Shown here one piece after another: positions 39,533 to 52,728 of a stretch of DNA of 64,000 nucleotides. The stretch covers positions 930,001-994,000 of the forward strand of contig MU058687.1 in assembly GCA_013265495.1 (NCBI GenBank), written 5' to 3'. This stretch comes from Vicugna vicugna (Eukaryota). The translations under genes and the position numbers were made by a program. The notes under the pieces were generated by a model. The model saw only the letters and a program-made list of their open reading frames with translations, had not been told where the DNA came from and made no database searches. The first letter of the stretch is position 1; each line of letters opens with the position of its first letter.

Positions 39533-39633
39533 GGTGGCGGGGAAGGGGTTAGGTATAACTCAGTAGTAGATTGTGTGCTTAGCGTGCATGAGATCTTGGA
39601 TTCAATCCCCAGTACCTCCATGTAAAAAAGAAA
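39533..39633 (+). mobile_element. tRNA-derived SINE (Vic-1-like), short form
   Basis: 18-bp TSD aaagtatatagtt(c/g)atat at 39515-39532 and 39634-39651. Confidence 0.88.
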
Positions 39634-40295
39634 AAAGTATATAGTTGATATTAATTAAAAATGAGGTCAAGTTATAGAAGAATTTGAAAAAGATTGTTGT
39701 ATCAAATGTTTGCATAGTTCTATTTGAAGAAATGAGACAGAATAACAAGAACAAGGGCAAAAGATAAAACTGGGATTTAGGAATGAGGCAGGCATCCACA
39801 ATGTTACAATAAGATCACTAGAAGAAATAGATGTGTGGCTTTAAATACAAAGCAGTGATTTAAATCAAGCCAATCTTTTTGGCCAGAAATATCTTTTTTT
39901 GAAAACCTAGTTTATGTGATTAGCACCTCATCTGGGAAACTAGAAGTTTCTTTAAAAAACACAAAAGCTGCTTTTATCCTTCTTAGATGTTCCCGTATCA
40001 GTCCTCAGACTATTATTGTCCACCTTTTCAGCCTGGGGCAAACACAACATAGGAGGAATATGGGCGAGGGGATTGGACTTACCTGGACTCAGTGCCTGGC
40101 TCCCCAACATGTTAACTTTCTGACTTTCGAGAATACAGATAATACAGTCAGCATTTTGCCGTAAATCGTTCATTATGATGTCCTTTTAAAATGTTCCCAG
40201 TGACAAAAGGAATTCGCAGCAGGAGGTGAGAGTAATCAGTACAGGGAGGGTTTTTAGGTGGGTTCTTACCAGTGTTAATTTTTTGTCCTGATCAG

Positions 40296-40344
40296 GTACA
40301 ACATTGAGAGGATGCCAGATGATTACGGAGCCCCTCGGTTCTAA
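40296..40344 (+). CDS. FCF1: FCF1 exon 8 coding part (YNIERMPDDYGAPRF*)
   Basis: gatcag| ... TAA. The eight coding segments sum to 597 nt = 198 aa + stop, an intact rRNA-processing PIN nuclease. Confidence 0.96.
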
Positions 40345-40686
40345 TTCTTAAAAGACAAAGTTCCTCTGCCTTCCTTCGACCAACTTTCTCTTTTGCCAGT
40401 TCACTAAACATGCTATAGCATGAATTCCACTCACTCATTTGCTTTGTAATGAGCTGAGTGTGGTTAAATACACTCACTTTTTAATGTTGTTTTGAAAATG
40501 ATACTTTGTGTCATTTTAAAATTTGTTACATCTTTTTATAAATCAGATGATTGCTCACATAATTTGGTGGTCATTTTATATTGATTTACTCAACAAATGT
40601 TATTAAGGTCATACTAGGTACTTAATAAGATATGGTCCTGTCCTCAAGATACTCATACTATGATGGAAAAGAGAAACATGTAGATG

Positions 40687-40692
40687 AATAAA
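40687..40692 (+). terminator. Candidate FCF1 polyadenylation signal
   Basis: First canonical AATAAA I noticed downstream of the stop codon. Usage is not verifiable. Confidence 0.3.
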
Positions 40693-41149
40693 TACAGAAA
40701 GATAATGATGGTAGGATGCAAATATGAGGGGGTAGACATACAGGAGGAAAGAATGATTTCTTTCTAATTGTTCAGGATAAGGAGGAAAGAAAGGCTAGAG
40801 GTGGTTATGTTTGAGTTAATCTTTAAACAGTGAATAGGTGCTTGCCCAGTAAATGAGCTAAAGAAAATGAGGCAAGTAAATAAATAAATAAAAATTTTAA
40901 AAATACATAAAGCAAAAAAATGAGGTATATGAAGCATATGAACTAAAGTGTGGAGATGTAGATATTACATGGAATGAATGTTCTTGGCCTGTTTAGACAG
41001 CTGCTAGAAGGTTTTATAACTAGAACATGGGGGAAAGGGGTCTGTACCCACATCCGAGACTCCAGAGGTAGGAGGTGGGAGGGAGAGGGCCTTATATGAC
41101 ATGCCAAAGGGTTAGAACTTGATCCTGAGGTCAATAGGGAGTTTGGGAT

Positions 41150-43050
41150 TGTTGTTTTCTTATTTCTGGTATCTCCCCCCTGGTGGATGAGGCTGGACTA
41201 AAGGCTTATGCAAGTTTCCTGGCAGGAAGAATCGGTACCTGCTCACTGCTGGGTGAAGCTTGGTCCTGGATCTCTGGTGGGCAAGGCCATGTCTAGAGGT
41301 GTTTGTGACTCAGGAATTCTACTGATGGATGGGGCTGTGTTCCCATCCAGTATCTTGTTTGGCCTGAAGCTTCCCAGCCTGTAAGCCTATAGGCTGTTTG
41401 GTGGGGCTAGGTCTTGGTGCTAATGATCCAATCAAGATGTCAACCTCCAAGAAAACTCATGTAGATGAACACTCCCGGAATGTCCACCACCAGCTTTTAT
41501 GTCCCTTGGGTAAGCCACAGCCGTTGCCTACCTCTCCAGGAGATCCCAAGTTGCTTGAATCCACAGATGCAATACCTTCGATTATGTAGGGCTGATTGCA
41601 TTGTCAAATGATTTTTCTACAAAGGTATCAAGACTACCCATGGGTAAAGGACAGTCTCTTCAACAAATGATACTGAGAAAACTGGATATCCACATGCAAA
41701 AGAATGAAGTTAGCTAGACCCTTACCTTACACCATATGCAAAAACGGACTCAAAGTGGATTATAGTCCTACACATATCGCTAAAACTATAAAACTAGAAG
41801 AAAACATAGGGAGAAAACTTCAGGACATTGGATTTAGCAATGATTTATTGGATGTGACACCCAAAGCATAGACAAAAAAAGCAAAACTAGATTAATGGGC
41901 CTACAACAAACTTCAAAGCTTTTGTACATCAAGGGAAACAATCCATAGAGTGAAAAGGCAATCTGTGGAAATGGAGAAAATATTTGGAAATCTTATATGT
42001 GATTAGGGATTAATATCCAGCACTTAAAAGCAACTTCTGCAACTCAACAACAAAAAACAAATAACCTGAATTTTTAAATGGGCAAAAGTCTTGAACAGAC
42101 AACTCTCTGAAGAAGATATACAAATAACCAACAAGCATATGAAAAAGGTGCTCAGCATTACTAATCATGAGGGAAATGCAAATCAAAAACAATGAGATAT
42201 CACCTTACTCCCATTAGGATGGCCACTATCAAAAGAACAGCATATGAACAAGTGTAGGTGAGGATATGGCCAGCATCCTATTATTTGGAACACTGTGCAT
42301 TTTTGGTAGGAGTGTAAAATGGTACAGCTGCTATGGAAAACAGTACTTTTTGAGATGGTCCCTCAAAAAATTAAATACAGAATTACCATATGATCTGGCA
42401 ATCTTACATCTGTGTATATGTACAATAGAATTCAAAGCAGAATCTCAGAGAGATTTGCACACCCATGTTTGCAGTATTATTCACAACAACCAAAAGGTAG
42501 AAGCAACCCAAATATCCACTTAAAAATGATAAAGATGGCAAATATAATGTGATGTGCTTTTTTACTACAATAAAAAACATGAGATCAGAGCAATGCTCAG
42601 AGAGAAATGAAAGCTTAACTATCAAAAGGAAGTCACACGTCTATTAGGAATTACTTTTTCATTTGCTGTAGTCCTGTGGGGCTCGTGGACACAAGCCCTG
42701 TTGGCTTTCAGAGCTAGGTGTTTTAGGGACCTGTCCCTGGTGTGAGAACCTTCAAATGTGGGGCACTTTTAGATGTGGGTCCAAACATTTTGCTCCTCAG
42801 GGAGAAGCTGGGAGTTGGGGGTTCGCTCCCAGCTGTATGGTGCTGTGTTGAGGGTGAGGTTTTTGATGAGAGTGTATCTCAGCCTTTCCTACCCACTGTG
42901 AGGGTTTTTCTCATTCACTCAGTGTGCAGAAGTCACTCGGCTAGTTTCTGGATTTCTCTCAGAGGAAATTGCTCTGTGTGTGGCTGTAGATTCTGTGTGT
43001 CTGTGGGAGGAAGGAAGTGCAGGGGGCTTTTATGTCACCAACTTGGTCCC
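41150..43050. mobile_element. Composite of old L1 pieces in opposite orientations
   Basis: Plus-strand ORF2 3' region at about 41600-42520, flanked by minus-strand L1 5'-region-like sequence ending in a degenerate YY1 end motif gtcaccaacttgg at 43034. Confidence 0.6.
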
Positions 43051-46000
43051 TCTTCATAATAAGGAAATTTTTTAATTATAGAAAAATCCAAGGAAGTGTT
43101 CAAAAGTTGATGGGGATTTGCCAAAAGAAACAGGAACCAGCTGGAAAAGGCTCATGTTAGCCAAATTTGAGACAATTTAAGGATCAAAATTAATAATGAT
43201 GGTAGTGAATTATCACATGTTTATTTTTTATTGATATATATTTGATATATAACTGTAAATTTATAGTGTGTACATGTTGATACACACTGATTTTTAATTT
43301 TAAGAAATCCATATGTCCATAAGATATTAAGAATAAACATGTCCATAAGATAGTAAGAATAAACAAAATGGGAGAGATGGAGAGCTTTTTTTGTATAGGA
43401 ATATTACAACTGCTAAATGTAGAGGAATGATAGAAATACAAAATCATTTACAGTGACCATTGTAATAACTGACTCGGGCAAGGATCATCAGTGGTTGGCA
43501 GAATCGTTGGTGAAAAGCTGTAGGGAACAAGATGTTTTCAGAGCCTCATTCCTCCACAGACTATTATATATACCTTTACAATAGAGAAATTTGGCAAACA
43601 CTGCCTTAACCAAATGATCAAATTTGGTATCACTATTGATAGGACAAACTGACATAATGTACATCATGGTGTGAGGTATAGAAGGAGACATTACTTATTT
43701 GTATTTTTGTCCCCCCAAATTAAAAAAAAATGTTTTACCTAAATCTAATTATGAAGAAACTGTCAAATCCAAAATTGAGGGACATTCTGCAAAATGGTTT
43801 GCTTGGATTCTTAAAAAATGTCAGTGTCATGAAAGGAAAAAAAAAGGCTGGAGAACTGTTTTATATCAAAGGAGACTAACTAGACATGACAACTAAATAC
43901 CATGTGTGATCTTGATTGGACTCTGAATTTAAAAAAAATTAGAAACTATAAAGGATATTATTGGGACAACTGAGGAAATTTAAATAATGGGCTGATTGTT
44001 AAATAATATAATTATACTTATGTTAAACTTCCTTAGCACGAATGTTGTAGTTGCTGGTAAGAATACCCACATTCCTAGGAAATACATGCTGAATGTTTAG
44101 GTGTGAAGGATCACAGTATCTTAAAGTAACTGTTTAATGGTTTGGGGAAAGCAGATAGGTAGGTAGATAGATGGATGAAAGAGAGGGAAGGAGAGAGAGA
44201 ATGTAGCAAAATATTAACAAATATGCCTAGATGAAGAGTATAGGGTGTTTGTTTACACATTCTTACAACTTTTCCATAGGCTTGGTATTTTTCAAAATAA
44301 AAAATTTGGTGAAAAAAAATAAGATCAGTGAGACATACAGTAGAAAGAAAAGATAACTAACAGTAGCATCAAGAGATGGAATCTAGAGCATAAAGGCCAG
44401 GATTAACTTGGGACAGAAGAGCCACTCTGAAACTGGTGGATAGGAGGCAGAGGAGGCTGCAAGTAAAGATTAGTGTGTAGATATGTGAGCAGATGTTGAA
44501 GGAGTTTGTGCCTACCAGTCTCAACAATCTCTGTGATGTTGTAACCAAGGCCATTTATTGAGGAACAAGGCTTGGGGTAGTGGTGAAGGATTGAAATTGT
44601 TACTGTAGTGAATGGGAGAGGCCAGTGACATATAAAATGATGGCAAAGTAACATTGAAAACCCAGGCAGGATCGAAGAACCTGAGTGAGTTAGTGGCACC
44701 AGTTGTGTCATGTAATTTCTTCAGAACTATTTAACAAAAGGAAGCAGATAGGTGGAATGAGCTGTAGTTGGGAATTTACACAGCAAGCACAACAGTAGAG
44801 CAAAGAGTTGAGGATGAATGCAAGAGAGGGTGAAATGGTATAACCTAGGTTCCAGAACTAGTAGAAAAGAATTGATAGGAAAGTGAAATCATGAGTGGAG
44901 TGTCGAACTGGGGAAAGGGAGTCAAGGGACAGGAGGTTCAAGAAGGTTGATTAACAGATATATTAAAAATTAGGAAGTGAGAGGGCTATAGAAATAAAAG
45001 ATTGAGACAGGTAATTAGAACAAGATATCAGAAATAGTACCATTCCTGCAAATATAAGGGCTAATGTTGCATTTTGGGTACCAATTGTGGATAAAGATTT
45101 TGAAAATGACATGATGAGAGAACTTTGAGCCTAAATTGTTCAGTGATTCATCCATCTGTGTACTGAACAGAAACCTAGCATTAATAGCACACCCAAAGGC
45201 CAATTGCCTTCCATATAAATTGCCAAATTGGTACTTCATAATTAACGAACTTGAATCCTGTTAACTGAGTCAAAGGCAGGGCATCTTACCCACAAACATG
45301 TTATCTATAAATTGGCAGGGAGCTCATAAGATGGACTGTCCTAAGGAAATAGATCCTCTCTTTAAGGAATTTAGATCTCAAGACATGGATTGTTGAACAG
45401 CTATAGCAAGAGTAGAAACCATACACAAAGAAAAGCTGGGGTGCACCTAACACAAGAGTACCAAGATGGCAGAGTCCTAATCAAGAACTTACTAATGCTG
45501 AGAGAGTGACAGCTAGGTCTACATTGAGACCTAAGGGCAGCCAGTTCCTAAACTATATTCCAATCCCTCTGTGACCTACGTATGTAGCCCTTCTTCAAAG
45601 GGCCAAGTGGGGTTCCTGCATTTCCAAGGGGCCCAAATGTGTTTCTGAGATTCCTGTTACTGTATGTATCCTTAGAATGCATCTCCAGGTTTCAGTTAGG
45701 ATGCTTCTAGTGCAAGTAGCAGAAATCCTAACTCAGTCTACCTTAAACAGTAAGGAAATGCATCTCAAATAACGGAATTCAAAGGTAGTGCAGCTCTATG
45801 CACAGCACAATCAGGGCTGAAGCTGTATCTCTCTCAGTTTGACATTCCCCCTTTGATGACTTGTCATCAAAGCCCCCAGTTGGCTGTAAACAGCAGTTGG
45901 AACAACATGCCCCTTGTTCATATCTATTGGTGATAAAGAGATTCTCTTCCCCAAACGATGTAATATAAATCCTTCTCTTCAGCATGATTGTGCCAACTTT

Positions 46001-46874
46001 GGGCAGATGCCAATCTTTGGCCTAAGAAATGCCACGTGCTGATTATGTTAAGACAGAATATCTGAACCAATAAAAGGCAAAGGGATATCACCGTGATTGA
46101 CTTAAACTACTCAGGATCTACTCTTGGAGCTGGAGATGGTCAGCTTTTTCTCAGTGACATGGGATATGTAAAGAGAGATGTGGACACTTGAACAAAATTG
46201 GGATTTTATCAAGATGGAAGAAAGAAGGAAATGAATGTCCTGAAGGGAAACAGTAGTATTCACTACACCTCATTCTCAAACACTCAAACCTGTTGTTTAA
46301 GGTGGAACTATACAAGTTGGAGCTATGTTTCAGTCTAGAAAAATTGTCTGAACAGTAGTTTTCCTGAAGTAACCCACTTTAATATTTCTTAATTCTCCTT
46401 TAATTTTCCCATGTAAAATATGTAATACTTCATACATTTAAAGGTAGACATTTATGTTAATATTTAACTATATATGTGTATTTAAATGTATACTTTTGAT
46501 TGTATTAAATACTGTATAATGTATGCAGATCTATAAAAAATTACATATAGAGTATACATGAGTATAAATATACATAGAGTATATTTGAGCTATAAGGAAT
46601 ATTACTAAAATGAACACCCTTACACTGATAACCTGATTAAAGAAAAGAATATTATCCATAATTTTGAAACTTTCTATCTAATCCTCTCTGATTACATTCC
46701 TTCTCTCAACAACACTTCTCCTCTGAGGTAACCACTCTCCTGGATTTTGTGTTTGTCATCCTCTTGGTTTTCATTATAGTTTCACCCATTACTTGTGTAC
46801 CTTAACGATATGTTTGTAATGTGTATGCTTTTGAGCTGCCTATAAATGAAAACATGCTGTATATAGTCTTTTAG

Positions 46875-47400
46875 TAGTAAAATATACATAACATAAAACT
46901 TATCATTTTAACCATTTTTAACTGTATAGTTCAGTGGCATTAAGTACATTCACATTGTCATGCAACCCTCACTACCATCCAACTCCAATATTTTTTTATT
47001 TTCTAAAACTGAAACTCTGTACTCATCAAACAATAACTTCTAATTCCTCCCTACCTCCAATCTCCATCATCATGATTCCACTTCTTGTCTCCATGAATTT
47101 GACCACTCTAGGTACCTTTTGTAAGTAGAATCATACAGTATTTGTCCTTTTTGACTAGCTTATTTCACTTGGCTTAATGTTCGAGAGTCATCCATGTTGT
47201 AACATGTATCAGAATTTCCTTCCTTTTAAAGTTGAATAATATTCCATTGTATGTATACACAACATTTTATTTAGCCAGTCATCTGTTGATGGGCACTTGG
47301 GTTACTTCCACTTTTTGGCTATTGTGAATAATGCTGCTGTGAACACAGGTGTACAAGAATCTGTTCAAGTTTCTGCTTCGAATTCTTTGGGGTGTATATC
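46875..47400 (-). mobile_element. Old L1M 3' end
   Basis: cagtggcattaagtacattcacattgt ... ttttggctattgtgaataatgctgct. Confidence 0.75.
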
Positions 47401-48970
47401 TGACATATATAGTCTTTTCCAAGTGTTGCTTTTTTCTGAGTTATGTTTGTGAGATTCATCCATGTTAGTTTTAGATTTAGTTCACTCACCTTAATTGCTG
47501 TATGATTTTGAAATATTTAAACAATTTGTTTATCCATGCTCATATAGATGATCATTTAAATTGTTTCCAATTTTTACTCTTAAAACAGGGCTTTGTTCTT
47601 TTACATACCTCTTTGTATATATGTATAAAAGTATCTTTAGTCCAAGATACATACTTAGAAGTAAAATTATGTTATAAGGCATTGTATATCTTCAGTTGCA
47701 TCAGATATTCTCAAATTACTATTTAAGTACTGTACGCATTTGTACTCCCATCAATAGCATAAGAGAGTTTCTGTTGCTCTACAGCCTCCTTAGAACTTGT
47801 CATTGTCATTGTGACAGATACTGCTGGTTGTCTCAGCATCCACTCTGCCCTTCTTCCCTTAATAATAGATCTTATGAGGTTTCTGGAGGGTTGCCCAAGT
47901 AGAAACTTTATTTCCCAGCCTTCTCTGCAGTTAGGCATGGACTACCAATTAATTTGTAACCAATAGGATGTAACTGAAAGTGGTAAGTATGTATTCTGGC
48001 TTATGATCGTAAAAGGCATCCTCCCTAAAAGGTATGTTCCCCTAACCCATTCTGCCTCCCCACTGGCTAGATGCAGATTTGATGGCAGGAACCAGAGCAG
48101 CCACCTTAAACCCAGAAATGGATGCTTTATGTTGAAGATGACAACTTTGGACTATTTACCTCTAAATTGTTCTATGAGTGAAAATGAACTTTTATTTAAC
48201 CCACTATATTTTAGTGTCTCATTGCTACAGCAGCTTAGACTATTTCTTAATTAATACATTTATTCTTTGATTTTAAAATCATTCCCAATTTATTGCTCAG
48301 AAAGCCTCTGTTTATTCTCCCTCAAGATCTTTCTGGCAGTGTTCTTTTTGCATTTGATCGATAATGCTGATCTCCTTTTTATGCCCATGTCTTTGAGTAC
48401 ATTCCCCTGAAAATGGAGGCCCTTCCTCCATGGTAATGGATATTTGTTGCTTTTGCTTGCTCACATTCACTCTTCCTTTTTAATAGTACTAGACTTTTTT
48501 CTTGGGCTGTTACACTTTCCTGAGTTGTGTGCAATTTTACTAGGATTTAGATTAGAGTGCCCAGCCTTTTTACTATGGAAGATGAAGGCGCCCTGGAGGT
48601 GCCTTCGTCCAGATCCTTCCTCTCACCACCCCATATATCTGAGAAGGCGTTGAGTGGCTGAAGGAAAAAAGAAAAAAGAGTTGAACCTTGTTTCTAACAG
48701 CATCCAGAGTTCTGATGGTAGAATAGCTCCTGGCTTGGCTTTTTCCTGCTCCTAGACCTAGTTATAGGTCCTTCTTTTCTATTTTGTGACTTTCATAATA
48801 TCTTTCCAAATACGTTTCTTTTAAAGCTTTAGTTGTTATGTTTAGTTGCTATGGATAACATCTAAAGAACTGTAATGGATACAACCGTTCTCAAGCTCCT
48901 GTGCAAATCCATTGGAAATGAAGGACTGACCACATGCAATTGAGGTTACTTATGAACACCTATGAGTATT

Positions 48971-49009
48971 TTTTGTTTTGTTTTGTTTTGTTTTGTTTTG
49001 TTTTGTTTT
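48971..49009. repeat. (TTTTG)n microsatellite
   Basis: About 7 perfect units. Confidence 0.95.
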
Positions 49010-49438
49010 AGGATAAAATGAAAGCATGACTTCGTGGTGATAGGAAAGGGAAGAAGCACTCACATTGCCAAGGTTATGTATGACCAGGTTACCCTGAGTC
49101 TAGACACTATCCATCCCGAATCTTAAAAGTGCATAGATCCAATAGCAGATAATCTGCCTCTAGATCCTGTTGTTTAGAATGGTACAAGCTGCAAGATGTA
49201 GCAGGGATTTTTATTCCACAAGATGGTGTGCCATCCACCAGCCAATTAGAGTATGACTGCAAACCACTAATCAATCAAATGTCGTCTCCTGGTCCCAGCC
49301 CTCACCCAAGTCACCCTAGTAACAGCAAGGATGAAACATAACAAGACAGAAGCGCAGCTGGGTTATAAACCTAGTCTACAGAAGACTCATGCTGAGTTGA
49401 TTTTGACAGCATTGACAATTAACAGCTGACCCTCTCTG

Positions 49439-51499
49439 AATGTAATACATCACATCAACAAGAGAAAGGACAAAAACCACATGATCATCTCAGTCGATGC
49501 AGAAAAAGCATTTGATAAAATTCAACACCCATTTATGATAAAAACTCTCGCCAAAGTGGGTATAGAGGGAACATATCTCAACATAATAAAAGCTATATAT
49601 GACAAACCTACAGCCAGCATAGTTCTCAACGGTGAAAAACTCAAAAGCTTCCCACTAAAATCTGGGACAAGACAAGGATGCCCACTATCACCACTCCTAT
49701 TCAACATAGTCCTAGAAGTCCTAGCCACAGCAATCAGGCAAGAGAAAGAAATAAAAGGGATCCAAATTGGAAAAGAAGAGGTAAAAGTGTCATTATATGC
49801 TGACGACATGTTACTATATATAGAAAACCCTAAAAGGTCCACAAAAAAGCTACTAGAGCTGATCGAAGAATTCAGCAAGGTAGCAGGTTACAAAATTAAT
49901 GTTCAAAAATCAGTTGCCTTTCTTTACACTAACGATAAATCAACAGAAAAAGAAAGTAAAGAAACAATCCCCTTTAAAATAGCACCCAAAGTAATAAAAT
50001 ATCTGGGAATAAATCTAACCAAGGAGGTGAAAGAATTATACACAGAAAACTATAAACCATTGATGAAGGAAATTAAAGAAGACTTTAAAAAATGGAAAGA
50101 TATTCCATGCTCTTGGATTGGAAGAATCAATATTGTTAAAATGGTCACACTGCCCAAGGCAATCTACAGATTTAATGCAATCCCTATCCAATTACCCAGG
50201 ACATATTTCACAGAACTAGAACAAATCATAATAAAATTTATATGGAACCATCAAAGACCTAGAATTGCTAAAGCATTACTGAAGAGAAAGAAAGAGGCTG
50301 GAGGAATAACTCTCCCAGACTTCAGACAATACTATAGAGCTACAGTCATCAAGACAGCATGGTATTGGTACCAAAACAGACATATAGACCAATGGAACAG
50401 AATAGAGAGCCCAGAAATGAACCCACAAACTTTTGGTCAACTCATCTTCGACAAAGGAGGCAAGAATATACAATGGAATAAAGACAGTCTCTTCAGCAAA
50501 TGGTGTTGGGAAAACTGGACAGCAGCATGTAAAACAATGAAGCTAGAACACACCCTTACACCATATACAAAAATCAACTCAAAATGGATTAAAGACTTAA
50601 ACATAAGACAAGATACAATAAACCTCCTAGAGGAAAACATAGGCAAAACATTATCTGACATACATTTCAAAAATTTTCTCCTAGAAGAAATAAAAGCAAG
50701 AATAAACAAATGGGACCTAATGAAACTTACAAGCTTCTGCAGAGCAAAGGAAACCAGAAATAAAACAAGAAGAAAACCTACGGAATGGGAGAAAATTTTT
50801 GCAAGTGAAACCGACAAAGGCTTGATCTCCAAAATATATAAGCAGCTCATACGACTCAATAAGAAAAAAATAAACAACCCAATCCAAAAATGGGCAGAAG
50901 ACCTAAACAAGCAATTCTCCAAGGAAGACATACAAATGATCAAAAAGCACATGAAAAAATGTTCAATATCACTAATTATCAGAGAAATGCAAATCAAAAC
51001 TACAATGAGGTATCACCTCACACCAGTCAGAATGGCCGTCATTCAAAAATCCAAAAATGACAAATGCTGGAGAGGCTGTGGAGAAAGGGGAACCCTCCTA
51101 CACTGCTGGTGGGAATGCAGTTTGGTGCAGCCACTATGGAAAACAGTGTGGAGATTCCTCAAAAGACTAGGAATAGACTTACCATATGACCCAGGAATCC
51201 CACTCCTGGGCTTGTACCCAGAAGGAAATCTACTTCAGGATGACACCTGCACCCCAATGTTCATAGCAGCACTATTTACAATAGCCAAAACATGGAAACA
51301 ACCTAAATGTCCATCAACAGGTGACTGGATAAAGAAGAAGTGGTATATTTATACAATGGAATACTACTCAGCCATAAAAACCGACAACATAATGCCATTT
51401 GCAGCAACATGGATGCTCCTAGAGAATGTCATTCTAAGTGAAGTAAGCCAGAAAGAGAAAGAAAAATACCATATGAGATCGCTCATATGTGGAATCTAA
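49439..51499 (+). CDS. L1 ORF2p fragment (reverse transcriptase and C-terminal CCHC domain; no endonuclease). Probably not expressed
   Basis: [25 protein letters not shown] and [18 protein letters not shown] motifs; no stops or frameshifts. Confidence 0.85.
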   Translation, partial: NVIHHINKRKDKNHMIISVDAEKAFDKIQHPFMIKTLAKVGIEGTYLNIIKAIYDKPTASIVLNGEKLKSFPLKSGTRQGCPLSPLLFNIVLEVLATAIRQEKEIKGIQIGKEEVKVSLYADDMLLYIENPKRSTKKLLELIEEFSKVAGYKINVQKSVAFLYTNDKSTEKESKETIPFKIAPKVIKYLGINLTKEVKELYTENYKPLMKEIKEDFKKWKDIPCSWIGRINIVKMVTLPKAIYRFNAIPIQLPRTYFTELEQIIIKFIWNHQRPRIAKALLKRKKEAGGITLPDFRQYYRATVIKTAWYWYQNRHIDQWNRIESPEMNPQTFGQLIFDKGGKNIQWNKDSLFSKWCWENWTAACKTMKLEHTLTPYTKINSKWIKDLNIRQDTINLLEENIGKTLSDIHFKNFLLEEIKARINKWDLMKLTSFCRAKETRNKTRRKPTEWEKIFASETDKGLISKIYKQLIRLNKKKINNPIQKWAEDLNKQFSKEDIQMIKKHMKKCSISLIIREMQIKTTMRYHLTPVRMAVIQKSKNDKCWRGCGERGTLLHCWWECSLVQPLWKTVWRFLKRLGIDLPYDPGIPLLGLYPEGNLLQDDTCTPMFIAALFTIAKTWKQPKCPSTGDWIKKKWYIYTMEYYSAIKTDNIMPFAATWMLLENVILSEVSQKEKEKYHMRSLICGI

Positions 51500-51859
51500 A
51501 AAACAAAAACAAAAACAAACAAACAAAAACAAAGCATAAATACAGGACAGAAATAGACTCATGGACAGAGAATACAGACTTGTGGTTACCAGGGAGGTAG
51601 AGGGTGGGAAGGGATAGACTGGGATTTCAAAATTGTAGAATAGATAAACAAGATTACACTGTATAGCACAGGGAAATATACACAAAATGTTCTGATAAAT
51701 CACAGAGAAAAAAATGTGACAATGAGTGTGTATATGTCCATGAATGACTGAAAAATTGTGCTGAACACTGGAATTTGACACAACATTGTAAAATGATTAT
51801 AAATCAATAAAAAAATGTTAAAAAAAATAAAAAATAAAAAAATAAAAGTTTAAAAAAAA
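49439..51859 (+). mobile_element. Young 5'-truncated LINE-1 (RT domain to 3' end)
   Basis: Perfect 18-bp TSD aacagctgaccctctctg at 49421-49438 and 51860-51877; A-rich tail; ORF2 frame open 49439-51499. Confidence 0.97.
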
Positions 51860-52538
51860 AACAGCTGACCCTCTCTGGAGTCTCCCACACAAAATCTTCT
51901 GTGTGATTTGTGCTTTAATTCATCCCTTATTTCATTTTGAATGAGTACTTTATGTTTTTATTGTTCTTAATTTTTGCATTCTAGATTAGTAAAATTAGTC
52001 TCTGAAAAATGAGCTTGGTGCTTGGTCATACAACATGAAATCAACATTGCTAAAATGTCATGAGGAGAGTATTACACAATGAGGTTTCTTTTAAAGAATT
52101 TTCTGGAGACAGTGGTTCTGTATAATGAAGATGGTTGTGACTTTTGAAAATTGTGCAGGCTAAAAGAATGGCCAACTGCATGTTAGTTCCCTGACAGTAA
52201 GAATGTAGGGGGAAGGATTCCCTGTATCATCTAGAACGATGACTAAATTTGTGAAGGGCCTGTTTAAATAGCAGTGCTGTTTCCCTATTAGGTGCTGGAA
52301 AACCTGTTGTTGAGGGAGGGTTTCTGGATAGAGAAACTGATGGCTAGAAACTACCATGCCAGGTAGGAAAGGAAAAAGCAAAGAGACAACTTTCCGTCTT
52401 CCTCCACCTGTCATCTTTCTCTGCCTTCCACTACTGTCACTTTTCTCTTTCCTACTCTTTTGAAAACTTTTTTGTAAAATTGTGAGGTACAGTACACAAA
52501 CAGGAAAGGCCAAAGGATAAATTTACAGCTCAGTAAGT

Positions 52539-52728
52539 TTTGTATGTATATCTTTTATTGAAATATACCCAGTTTACAATGTTGTGTCAATTTCTGGTGT
52601 ACAGCATAATGCTTCAGTCACTTATGAACATACATATATTCATTTTCATATTCTTTTTCACCATAAGTTACTATAAGATATTGAATATAGTTCCCTGTGC
52701 TATACAGTATGAACGTGTTTATCTCAGG
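52539..52728 (-). mobile_element. Very short L1 3' end nested in an older L1
   Basis: Reverse complement resembles 19495-19665; possible TSD tcagtaagt at 52530 and 52729. Confidence 0.75.

Noticed and set aside
50437..50997. Hydrophobic minus-strand ORFs (also 18358-18852 and 49522-49878)
   Set aside because: Usual antisense shadows of A-rich L1 ORF2.
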